Of a stretch of 64,000 bases of DNA, positions 38,047-50,572 are shown piece by piece. Under the pieces are notes generated by a model. It made no database searches. It was not told the DNA's origin and saw only the letters and a list, made by a program, of their open reading frames with translations. Positions within the stretch are counted from its first letter, which is position 1. Every line of letters begins with the position of its first letter. This stretch comes from Auanema rhodensis (lineage: Eukaryota > Animalia > Nematoda), in contig OZ059897.1 in NCBI GenBank assembly GCA_964057225.1, positions 6,820,001 through 6,884,000 on the forward strand, read 5' to 3'. Position numbers and translations under genes: made by a program.

Positions 38047-38568
38047 TGTTTAGAACAAAGTATGACAGCTTGTTAATAGCTAGCTTCAAACTTTGGTATA
38101 TATACTCATCTTAGAATATGTTTTGATAAAAATTGCATGATATCAGTAGTATAGAAATCTCAACTGCTATCTAATCTTGCATCTAGTATATTAGATTAGC
38201 TAATTGGTTTTAACGTTTAACAGAAACATAAGCCTCCAGATAGTACATCACATCCGAACTTTGTATGTTATAACTTTACTATAGGAAGATATATATGTAT
38301 ATATATATTAATTTTTGGATATACACACATCATATACATTCATATCAATTGTATTATTAATGTATAATTTCATTTGTTAAGTGACTGTTAAGAAAGCGAA
38401 ATGATTCAACGAGAATGAACTTGATAAACACCATTTTACGTATGTATATGACTAGTTAAACCTGAATACATCTCGTTGAATTGATCTTTAACTGTTTTTC
38501 CTCCACTAACAGAAGGTTCCATGTAAAGATTAGGGCTCAACTTTGTAGATCATTTCCTTTTTATAAAG

Positions 38569-38876
38569 TTGGTTTTTGTAGGCATCTATACCAATGAAAA
38601 TGATTGGAAAACTATAACTCAAAACACTGACCATCATGAACTGGGAGCTGGTCGTTATCCATATGGATTATGGTATCTTGTAGATTAAATTATTTTAGTT
38701 TTACTTATATTATTTTCAGGTTAGCAAATGGTACAAAAAGCGGACAAGATCCACATAGTTTAAATGGATTTAATCCTTTTGGTGGATTCACAATTAATGA
38801 TATTTGTTCTGTACAATATTCCCAAAACGAAAATATTTGTGGAATAGCTTGTAATAGAGATTTTGGTCCAAGCTAA
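38569..38876 (+). pseudogene. 5'-truncated lysB (exons 6-7 only)
   Basis: Same as 27372-27679. Confidence 0.85.
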
Positions 38877-39620
38877 GTGAACTGTCTCATAGTTTACGGA
38901 TTTAAATTGAAATCCAACAACTTTCATATGTAGATTTTGAACATAAAGCTGATGTAGACCACTATATTCTTTTTTTTCTCCATTTGATTGCTTAATCACT
39001 TATTGGTTTCTCAGATCCAATAGTGTAGATTTAGAGTTTGTGCTGTTTAGAATAGAATTCTATCCTCTACGGGTAATATTCTAAGTCAAAATCTAACTTA
39101 TACAGTTTGGTTTCTAATGTAAACCATTTGAAGATTGTCATTTCGACCGGAAAAGCATTAAATGAAGCAGTTGAGCTTTTAAAAACTAAGAAAATACAGT
39201 TTTGAATCTATATTATATCATATTCATATTTTTATATTAGAAAATAAGGAGAGATGTCGAAATCATAGGTCTTCTCTGACTCACTGCAACCTGGTACAAG
39301 AGGGACCGACAATGGAGAAGCTTCCAGACAACCTCATAAACCATTAATTGCTGGCAAACAAGCATAACACGAGTTGTAACACAACCAATGAGCTATTGAA
39401 AAGAAATGGTCCAACACCAACATATTAATGGTTGAACTGTTAAGAAAGCGAAATGATTCAACGAGAATGAACTTGATAAACACCATTTTACGTATGTATA
39501 TGACTAGTTAAACCTGAATACATCTCGTTGAATTGATCTTTAACTGTTTTTCCTCCACTAACAGAAGGTTCCATGTAAAGATTAGGGCTCAACTTTGTAG
39601 ATCATTTCCTTTTTATAAAG

Positions 39621-39865
39621 TTGGTTTTTGTAGGCATCTATACAAATGAAAATGATTGGAAAACTATAACTCAAAACACTGACCATCATGAACTGGGAGC
39701 TGGTCGTTATCCATATGGATTATGGTATCTTGTAGATTAAATTATTTTAGTTTTACTTATATTATTTTCAGGTTAGCAAATGGTACAAAAAGCGGACAAG
39801 ATCCACATAGTTTAAATGGATTTAATCCTTTTGGTGGATTCACAATTAATGATATTTGTTCTGTA
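39621..39865 (+). pseudogene. lysB fragment truncated at both ends; right boundary of the amplicon
   Basis: Exon 6 plus part of exon 7; homology stops after ...gatatttgttctgta and the frame ends in KD*. Confidence 0.85.
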
Positions 39866-40631
39866 AAGGATTGAGCCAGAAAGGGCATATCTATTTTAGT
39901 ACGAAGGCATGTAAGCCGATTCAATAAATTCATATAAATATTCCATATTATCTTAAATGATTTGACTCTATTAGTCTGAAAATTTACTTAAATATACAAC
40001 TTTCTATTATAAATGTTTTATATAATGTAAAATGATAATGAAGACCATTTTGTAATTACATATATCATTGTTCATATGACCTAAAGACTCTATTTCTCTT
40101 TTCGCTTGATATATAAGAATCTGAAGAACAATATGTCATTTGATTTGACTTTTCATTCTTTTCTTCTAATTTCTTTCAACAATTCTTTTTTTGTCCTTTT
40201 CCAGTGTTTCATTTCAATTTCTACACATTTTTGACATCTAAAAATTGCTTTTCTAATCATTAAAAAGTAAAAAAAAAGATAGAATTGCTTATAATTATAT
40301 TCTTCAACTCATCAATGACTTGTTTTTCTGAACTTTCTAAGATTGCTGTCAAGCTGTGCCGAACTAAATGTTTCATTAATTACTATAATTATGTGACAAG
40401 TGACGTAAATAAAATGAACGTGCCACATAAGCAACATTAACTAAAAGATCGTTTTTTCAGGTATTTTCTCCAAATAACGTTGTTCAATTCTTTTTTTCTT
40501 TTTTGAAACAAAAATAATTTTTGTCGTAAACATTAAAATAATAACAACCACTTTTTTTCCTGAACAATCGTTGTCATTTACTTTCTTTTAAATATATTTT
40601 TTTTTATTTCTTAAATATTTCTATTTCACAG

Positions 40632-40719
40632 TTGGATGTCGAAAATGATGATCGATTAACATGCTGTCGTCGTCTGATGACCGTGTAGATCGTCGACTAT
40701 CGTCGTAATGGGTCGGAAG
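40632..40719 (+). other. Candidate 5' exon (TTTCACAG acceptor, AAG|GTAAG donor) with two uORFs and a terminal ATG GGT CGG AAG
   Basis: Strong splice signals around a GC-richer island. The phase-0 donor is compatible with the osta-2 exon at 50558 or a candidate exon at 41746. Confidence 0.4.
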
Positions 40720-41430
40720 GTAAGATGACAATGTGGAAAAGCCAGATGACGATCATTCTTGTTTTCCAGTCAAGACTTTGCATTTCTTGTCTTAACGAAC
40801 AAGACTAGATGTCGTTCATCAGATGCCAGGCATTTCATACACACTGTCATCAGGGGTATTGGGAGAGGGGGGGGGGGGAGGAGACGACGCATACATGCAT
40901 ACACACACACATGACAATGTTTCTGTAGTATGCTTTCATACTCTTAAATTCTGTCATTTTCGGCTTCGAAGGTCACACTTCTTCACTAAGTCTGCCTGAC
41001 CACGGTGTGATGAACATAACATGTGTGTTCGAGAGGCAAGAAAATTTAAAGAAAGTTCGAGAGCTAGAGAAACCCATCAAAGCTATTCAGTCCCAATACA
41101 CATATAGAAAGAGTGAGAAATGGAGAAAGAGAGAGAAAGAGAGAGGGGGGGGACTGCAGATTATTCTTTACTTCAAGACATCTGACTGACCTCTTCAGAA
41201 TCGTTTTTTTCTTTTTTCTTTCTCTCACTCTCCTTGCTCTAATTTTTTTCTGACAGCTCTTGGCCTTCATCACTCCATCTGTAATCATTTCATTATTTTT
41301 CATATTTTTTTGATCAAAGGAAATGTTTTATTGAACTGTTTTTAACATTTTTTCATTATATCTTCTCTTGTTCTGATGTGATCATACTTACTACTTACCC
41401 TCCATAATTTCCTCACCCTCCCCCCGACGT

Positions 41431-41440
41431 CTCTCTCTCT

Positions 41441-41480
<40 letters not shown>
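41431..41480 (+). repeat. (CT)n microsatellite; similar tracts at 1417-1443, 42012-42051, 44817-44866, 45749-45800, 60652-60688 and 62821-62889
   Basis: Dinucleotide runs visible directly. Confidence 0.95.
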
Positions 41481-41483
<3 letters not shown>

Positions 41484-42008
41484 ATACGCATCATCAAATA
41501 ATTTCTTTTCCTAATCCTTTTATTGTTTGTTTGTGATTGTCATCACTTTCCCGGATATTAAATTCATTACAAATCCTATATTTGGGATTTTCATTAGAAA
41601 TCAAATCCGAAAAAATCGGATTTGACCATATTAAATTGAACATTATATACACATATTTTATATTTTTGTATATATATATATATATACATTAATATATAAT
41701 TTTATTTTCATGTATTGAATAGTTAACGGTTTACGTGTTGTTCAGATAATTTTGCGTTCAAACGACAAGCATTTCAGCCGGTTTTTCGAAGAGACTGATG
41801 ACTACATAGCATGCTAAAGATCATCTTCTATAGCCATTTCAATTATATTCAAGAAACAATCTAAATGCTTACAATTCTATTAAAATCAATAGATTGACAA
41901 ACTTTTATTCGCAAATTCCCTTTTTGAATTTCATTTAGAAGAACAAACCGTTTTTTCAATTAGACTTATAGTTTAAAAGGAAGCCATATTTATACTCCGT
42001 TCAAATCT

Positions 42009-42054
<46 letters not shown>

Positions 42055-45000
42055 CTCTTTCTCTATTTATTCCTCTCTCTATCGCTAACATCTCTATTAA
42101 TCTCAACTCTATCTTATTTTCTATTTCTACATCTTCTTCATGATTGTTCAAATTCCAAATAACTATATCTTCCTTTTAATTCACAGTGTGATTTTTAATT
42201 TTAAAATAAAAAAGGTGAAATGTTCTTTTCTTTTTTTTTCTTTTCTCAACTTTTTCTCTATCTTTTCATCTTTCATTCCTCTACTCTCTCTTCCAATTCT
42301 ATTTCTCTGTTGGGGAGCTTTTCTTCATTTTGTTCTCTCCATCTTCATTCAAGCCTTGTACAGCCAACACACTGCTAGAGAAGAATTGATCGGCCCATGG
42401 GCCGCATGCAATACGAAAATAGCAAAACGTTCTTTTTCTGTTGCAAAAATTCTTTTTTTTTCTGTTGTTTATATGAAAAAGCTTACTTATCGTCTACGTT
42501 TCATTTCCGTTATACCAAACATCAAGCTGATATTTGACCTGCAACCTCATATGTGTCAAGAATCATTTGTATTTGCATGGAGATATTGTGTTGTTATTTC
42601 AGAAGAAAACTGCCATTCCATTGAATTCTCCTTGAATCTTTCAATCTGTTGTTCCTTTTTTTATTTATTTTTCTATTCTTTAACTATAATATGATGAGAG
42701 TTAATTATATATTCTTGGATGCTAGGATACAATTCATCCATTAACTGAGACCCAAAGTTGTTTATTAAAGGATTTCCATTCATTGTCATTATAGAATTCG
42801 TGCTAACCTGGGAAAAAAAGAATTTTAAATCGCAAAAACTATTTCATATTCGTCGTCTTCGTCGTCGCAATTCTCTTCATTCATTCATTCGTTCATTCAA
42901 TTCTCTTTTCCTTTTGATAAAGAAACAACAGAATCGTAATTTTAAATAATTTGCTTTCATCATTTACGTGAGGGGATAAGAAATGTTCACGTGAAATCAA
43001 TTACGTTATTTCAGTCTTGATGTGGTCACTATGTGAACGGTTGTGCTCATCCCCTCAGGGGCGAATCTCTTTTCTCATTATCTCGTTATCTCTAATTCTC
43101 TCTTAATGCGTTTATATTTATTGGATATTTTTTTGTTTTTTATCTTTTCCTCTCTTGGTTCTTTTTCACATTCAATGTTCCAGTTTTTTTTATTGGTTTA
43201 TATAGTGTCAACAAGTTGAGTCCCAAATAAACCATTATATATATAGTATATAGTATATATATAGTATCTATATATTTATATAATTAGTGTATTTATAATA
43301 TTTTAACAAAGCCATACGTTTTTTTTTCTTTTCCTTCATGCATGTTTTAATTTATTTTGTTAATTAACTAGCGTCTCATATCTTTAACAATCTATATTTA
43401 TCTCTCATTTTTTTGTTTAATGTACTTGTGAAAATAATAAGAAAAGATATTGATCAGCATGATTTGTAATAACTTTTCTTATTTTATTTCTCTATTTTTC
43501 ATTTTTTTATTATTAGGTAAGGATATACTCATATAATTATTTTCTATCTATTACTATATTTCATTTTTAATTTAAAATTTCAATTATTGAATATTTTTTT
43601 TTATTTCCTTCGCTTGATAGATATATATGAGATATCTATCTGATTTTACCATCACATTTTTTCTTTTTACTCTTTGTCTCATTTCCTTCTACCTCCCTTT
43701 ATTCTCTTTTTCTCTCTCTGTCTCTCTTCTTCTCTCTCTTCATTTTTCTTATTCAGTTTTATATGATCATTGCTCTTTTACTATATAGATTAGTTAAAAT
43801 ATTATAGATTATATATAAAAATTGTTTTTACTATATATTACTTTACACATAATTAAAATTTGTACGTATTTAATTTTAAATTAAGATCCTTGTACCATTA
43901 TCAGTAGTTTGAACTCATTAAGTGATCAAGAATAGTAATTTCTAATTTTGATATGATTTCATTATGATTATGTATGGGATAAATTATAAATTTTATAACT
44001 TTATACTAATACTATTTCAATTTATTTTTATTTTATTTAAATATATTTGATAATAGTTCTTTTGAATGATTTGTCTATCCTCTTCTTTTGATTTCATTTC
44101 TCATCACTTCATTTGTTCATTTCAATTTATTGACATTGAATACTTTTAAAAGAGAAAATCTTTTTCTCCTTTTTTGTTCTTCAATTTATCACTTTGAGAT
44201 ACTTTCTTTTAAGCACAATTTACAAGAAAACAAACAGATACCATACATCGTGATGTACTATTCCTACGTTGCATTATCTCTTGCTCTGTGAAATTGATGA
44301 AAAAGACAAAAAAAAAACAAAGAAAAAGCTTCACCTTTGTGCTTCACATCCTCTCACATTCTGAGTATATCTTTGCTTTCTTGTTGAATTTTCAATAGAT
44401 TTGTCGCTGATTTACTTCAATTGTACTTAAAGAATCGGCGAGCCGTTGACGGTCAGTTTTAGCTCCCTCCTCCCCTTTCTCTCTATTGCTACCTCTCTAT
44501 CCCTCGTTCTGTACATCGTACTTCTCTTTGCATTCGTCTACACGAGTTTCGTATCAGCGTCTTTCTCCTAGTTTTGAAATTTTTGTTTGTCAAACTGACC
44601 ACAAACTCTTTTCCTTTCTCGTCCCTCTATCTGTTATTCTCTTCGTCTCCTACAACGTCTTCTCTTTATCTCTTCTCGCCATATTTCGTTTCCTTCATTC
44701 TCAAATAGCTTAGAAGAAGAATATAGCGACAAGACAACAACTACTTGTCTTCTATGTGATTCTTCTTCTTGAAAAAAGTTTTTTTTAACAATCCTGCATT
44801 ATATACTCATTTACTTTCTCTCTCTCTCTCTTTCTCTCTCTCCCTCTCTCTCTATCTCTCTCTCTATCAATCTAAATTTTTATTTTAAAAGGTTGGCAGT
44901 CAGTCGAAACTCTTTTTACTTGTTTCTCAATCTCTTCTCTCGCATCTATCTGCATAACTGGTTTCTAACTCTAAGCTCAAATGTCATCAACATCATCTTG

Positions 45001-45744
45001 TGTCCATCGCGTTATACTTTCAATTTCAATTTTTTCCCTCAATTCTAATAACCTCTCGTACTTTGCTGTTTATAAATGTTTCTTCAATATCTATCTTTGA
45101 CTATTCTTCTACGAACAAAACGTTTCTTCCCAGACAATTCAATAAGGTTTTTTCATTCTCATTTTCTATTTTCAACCTTAATCGTCTCGCTGTCATTTTT
45201 CACCGAGTTTAAGGAGAGTTTTCATATAAGTACAAGAATTTCACGAATCATCGAATCTAGTTTCAAATCCAAATTGTTCGCTCCACCTTTCAGTACTAGC
45301 AACTGAATTGCCATGAACTTCGTACATCCGAAAATTATTCAGTGACACCGTGAGAAGAATAGTTTTAAATTGACGGAATAAAACTAAAAAGAGAGGGAGA
45401 GAAGGAGTAGGAGAAGAAGAAGAAGAGTAAGTGAGTGAAAGTTATAGAGAGATGAAGGAAGGGTTTGGATAGAAAGGTACATAGAAATAGAAAGAGTAAG
45501 CACTATTATTCTCATTTTCATATCTTTGTATAGAAACTGATACGATGCTGACAACTGATTAGGGATGTTTTGTATACATAACAACAGAATAATATGAAAA
45601 ACTATTGAATATTGCCCCTTTAAACTCTTGTTCTTTCACTTTTCTCTCGATCTCTCTCTTTATATCGTTTTTCTTTCCAATCTTTCATTGTCCATCTAAC
45701 TAATTCTTATCACATTCTCTATATAATCCAACGAAGTTTTGCTC

Positions 45745-45776
<32 letters not shown>

Positions 45777-48700
45777 CCCCCTCTCTCTCTCTCTTTCTCT
45801 TTGCTCTTGTTCAGTGTTGGACGATGGTCATAACTAAAGAAAGCATTCACGTATGCAATGGTTCGCATGATAATTCATACAAAACGAGCCAACTACACAT
45901 ATGGTCATGACTGGAAATATGAATTGTAGATAGTATAAAAAGCGAAAGTGCAGAAAAAGCATATAAAATATACAAGAAAGAGAGGGAAAGTGAGATAAAC
46001 GGAAGAAGTTATAAGAGTAGGAGAGAAAGGAGGGAGTTGGAGTGGAAGAAGATTGTGAATTCCCAGCAGCGGTATGAAGAGGATGAGAGAGGTATTTCGC
46101 TGATGCTGCTGCTGCTGCTGTTTCTATTTCAAGTGACCAACACAATCTGATTGTGGTCTTAGCATTCTAGTTTTTGAGATGTGCTTCTTCTGTTTCGTCA
46201 TCATCATCTACTCTACTGTGTTGACCGCAGTTCTTTGCACCTTTTCAATTTCTTCAAATCAAGTCATTCGTTTTCAACAAAACGTTCAGTTTTTTTTTGT
46301 TCAAGACCCACTGTTTGTCCTCGTCGTGAGTAATGTTTTTGGTTTGTAAAAAGTGTTTTTCTCACTCCTTATAGCTAAACTGATTGAAACTGTTTCAAGT
46401 TGTTTCGTTTCTGATTCATCTTCCGGTCTATTTGACTTGAAATTATTTTCTCGCTTGCCAAATGCTCTTCATATTTACATGTTTTATCTTCCGGAAAATA
46501 TGCAACAAAATTTAATCGCTGCTATGTACAACGACAAATTCTAAAAAATCAATTTATCTGATTTGCTACATTATCATTTCTATTTTAACCTGCTTAGCTA
46601 TCTGCTGTTCGCTACTATTCTCCTCAGGCTATGACTCAATCTGTTATTTCAGTGGCTTGAACTGGATAGGAGGTGGTGGTATGAGGAAAGAGAGAGAAAG
46701 AGGGAGAAGCGGAGGGTGTGAAGACAGGAAAGCAAGTAGCGGTAGGGTGGAGGACAAACTTGGAGTAGGACTAGATCCTGTTCCCGTAGATGGCGATCCC
46801 TCCATCCTCGCAATTCCTTCGTATCTCTGTTGCCTCTCTCGATGTCACCATCTTTTTCCTTTAATTCGACGTCACTTTGCCCATCTTGTCGTCATCGTAT
46901 TCATCGCTTACTTTCAGTTATTCATGCCCCTGCGAAACTATAGCAACAGTTCATAAAGCCTTCAGTTTGAAACATTTTCGAACTTTTCTTCTAATTTCAT
47001 CTGAAAATTCTTTCCAAATTACAAATAAACATCTCTTAATAAACTATTGAATAACTTCTTATTGTCATTCAATGCCCGACGGTTGTAATGAACGGTTGCT
47101 TTTTTGATTTGTCTCTTGTCCTTTGTCGTTAATATGAAGAAACAAGGAAGCATTAGACTTTTATATAAGATTTCTAGTTTCTTTGCTAACATCATACTTT
47201 GCTTTTTCATTTAAATTTTCTCAATTTACTTGATACCTTACGTATAGAATACAAACATTTTCAATTTGCTACACTGTTCATTGTCATCGATGACTGTCTT
47301 GGCATTAGCCCTCCTTCCCCCTGCTAATTTCTACCAACCTTATTGCTTAATTTCTTTCAAGTTCCAAGTTTTTTATGAAATAATATAAAATTAGGAAGCA
47401 GCGTTTGACAAGGATCAACAGAATTGGAAAAGAACAAGCTTAAGTACGTTTTTGCTTTTGTCTTCTTCATTCTTCTTATCCATCTCGGATATCTATGCAG
47501 TGTTCTATCGGCTCTGGTTTAAATGCATTTTTTCAACAAAAGTTTATTCAGATCTCAGTCTGCTTTTTCTTTAAAATCTCTATTTCAAAGAGTACTTTTT
47601 CTTATGAACTTAGCGAACAATTTAAATTTTAATTCAAAAAGGAGAATAGTTAGAAATAGAGAAAAGAACAAGTTACATATACTATGTGTATGTGTGTATG
47701 TATCTGTGTGTATGTGCTTCGATTCATTTCAATAGTACTATAAAGGATACAACTTCAGTATTGCTTTGTTATTCTAATAAAGCTTATGTTTTTCAAATTT
47801 CAAACTAATACATCACATACACACATACATACGTATACATAGACATCCTTATGTATGTCTGTACAGACGTATATTTAATATAGTAAACTATATACACATA
47901 GTATATCTCTCTATATATATATTTTTTTATTTTGTCATAAAAGACTTCTTTTTGCAGCTTCACTATTCCTATCATCTTCCTTTTTCTCTTTCCTCTACAT
48001 TCATTCATTATTTCTTTTCTTCCTTCATTCATTTCGCTTAAAACCAACGAATCACAGCTGGCTATTGAGAATGTTACTTGATGAAGTCCTTCCATACCCC
48101 ACTTTGCCTTCAGGCAGATTCTTCACTTCAGTTCATCACAACATCTGTCCACGATGACACTTCGCTCAGCATCACCCAGCCGGCCATTCATCCAGCCAGC
48201 CTTTCTCATTCCCTCCTACTTCTCCATTTTCTTTGTATCTTTTCCTCTCGTCGCTATATTTCCTATTAACTTGTATATTTCTCTTTCTCTCTATGTGTCT
48301 GTGTCTCGTACTCTTGTCTCTGACACCACCAGTCTCATCATCATTCTCTCTCTAGCCTAACTCGCTAACCTATCATTGTTCGAAGCGTCTGTTCATATTT
48401 ACATAAATTGTCTTCGAACCATATTCTAGTTATTCTCGTAAATGGTGTAAACCTATTGAAAACTTTATTTTCATCATAATCTATCAAATATTTTTATATG
48501 TTTTTTTCCATTAATTATTATATTTCTATTTGAAATTCGTCTCATAATCTTTCATCGACACATCTCTTTCCACTAATAAGCTCTTTTTCCAACTTTCATC
48601 TATTCATCACACTGAACAAGAACCGAGCGCGTTTCCGGTTTTTAGATCTGAAAACCTTTGAGTCGAAGCATAATTGCTTACCTCATTGCAATCTTTTTTT

Positions 48701-50572
48701 GTTATGACCATAACTGGAAAAAAAACATATTTTTCTATGGTTGTTGAGAGAAACATTTGAGATTGCTACACGGAAGACTAGCATGTCATTCATAGTTCAC
48801 CAAACTTTATTCAATCATCTCGTTAATTTTTCAGTTATTCTTCAAATTATTTATATATCCAGTATTCTCTTAATCTCGTTTTTTCTTTGATTTTTTTTAA
48901 AAAATATATATATGTAAACTATTTCCTTTTATTTCTAGAATAGTTCCTCAATCACAAATGAATATCTGATAAACATTATCAGCAGCTTTTTCATAACATA
49001 TTACTTCTTTTTACCTTATAAATAACTAATTATTTTTTAATAAGTTTATTCTTTTTCAAACACATCTTTTTTTTATAATCAGCTTATATCTTTAAAAATA
49101 AGATTGAAAATGTTTTTTCTCTGTAATTCAATAAGTGAGACTTCATCCCGCCCCCCTTGATTCTTTAATCTTCTGCTTATCCTACAAAACATTAGATTAA
49201 TTACTTTTAGTTGCAAGTTCTCATGTTTTAAGCGCAGAGTTCTTTTTCATATTCGTCGTCTTCTTCTTCTCCTTCATCTTCTTCTTGAAAATAAAATATT
49301 TTTATGAATAAAAAGAATTTATTCTTTAGCTTCCTAACCATAACTAGAAACTCGTTTGAATGATTTTTTGAGATTTCTTTGTTAAAGAGGGAAAAAAACT
49401 GATTTGTAGTTGACTACGAATACACTGACTGACTATAAAACATCATCAATTGTCTTATAATTATCATCTTCCTCTTCTTAACCTTCCATTTTCACATTTA
49501 CAAACTCTCATGATGAGCACTTTGGGGCAGTCTAGTCTCTTTTTCCAATCATCATGTTGTTTGTCTATCCTTTTTCGGATGCTTCAGCTGTTCAAATTCT
49601 AACATCATCTTTATAAAACAGTAGGACGAATAAAACATCCTTTTCAAGCTTCATTGAGTTTTAGCCAGTTCATTTACCTTTATTCTTGTTCATTATTCCG
49701 TTCAAAATAGTTGTTAAATCCTCTTGCAAATACCAAATTAATATTTTTTTCTCATCATCACATCTCATTCTTCTCAATTTTTTTCATTTTATTTGTTCAA
49801 ATTGATTAGAACTTTTGAGGTTTTTTTATTAAAAACAGAAATAATTATTAAATATTATCTACATATAGTACAATCTATTTTACATATTAAGACTATTATC
49901 TCATTTGTCACGTACGTGAAAAATCACGTGAATTTCACGTGCAATAAGCATAATATAATCCATGTTTGTCAACTAAATGAATCTTTCATAAATCCGTATG
50001 TTTTAACTATTTCACTTTCTTTTTCTTTTTCTTTTTTGGTGGGGTGCTTGTCAACTTTTTATACAGCATAGTTTAAACTTTTTACTATTCCAACATTTTC
50101 ATTTCTAAGTTATACCATTTGTTTACAATCAAAGAAGGAAAACATATAATATCAAATAAGACGATTAAAGACTATTTTATGATATTCATATAATATAATA
50201 TTTATCCTTTTTCAATGAATCAAATAAAATACAAATCTTATTGAATACTAATATCTCTATTATATTATTCAGACAGTTTAATAAATAATTTTTTTTTTAA
50301 TATATATTATTGCTTATTATTTATTTTATATTATTATATTAATTTTAACTATATTATTATAATATATAATCAAAAGTTATTAGATCATCTACATATAGTA
50401 TATAGATAACTATTTTCTCTCATATAATATTATTTTATATTTTATCATTTATATCTTTTTTGATTCTTATTATATTTAATTTTTCTTTATTATAATTAAT
50501 TTTTTAAATTCACTATTTACTATATGAACTAATTATAATTATAATTAATTATTATAGGTTAATGAAACGAAG

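Larger units (their letters stand above)
21479..39865. repeat. Recent tandem macro-array; units start at 21479, 27370, 32676, 38567 and 39619 (spacing 5891, 5306, 5891, 1052 bp)
   Basis: Identical ORFs recur at these offsets. The 585-bp length difference equals one internal sub-repeat. Only a few SNPs separate the units. Confidence 0.97.

Noticed and set aside
21479-39865. Array as an autonomous transposon, Helitron or endogenous caulimovirus (prompted by the Cauli_VI domain, direct repeats and inverted repeats)
   Set aside because: No transposase, Rep/helicase, reverse transcriptase, integrase or capsid coding sequence and no TSD. The HBD gene has spliceosomal introns, and the flanking repeats are copies of local genic sequence.
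21479-39865. Array as a pure assembly artefact
   Set aside because: Units differ in sub-repeat number, carry private SNPs and recombinant HBD units, and have distinct junctions. An artefact is unlikely but not excluded without reads.
42140-42694. 184-aa ORF and other Phe/Leu/Ser-rich or ER-repeat ORFs in 41-50 kb and 58-63 kb (for example 62802-63299)
   Set aside because: They arise from T-rich or (CT)n low-complexity DNA that lacks stops on one strand; no splice or homology support.
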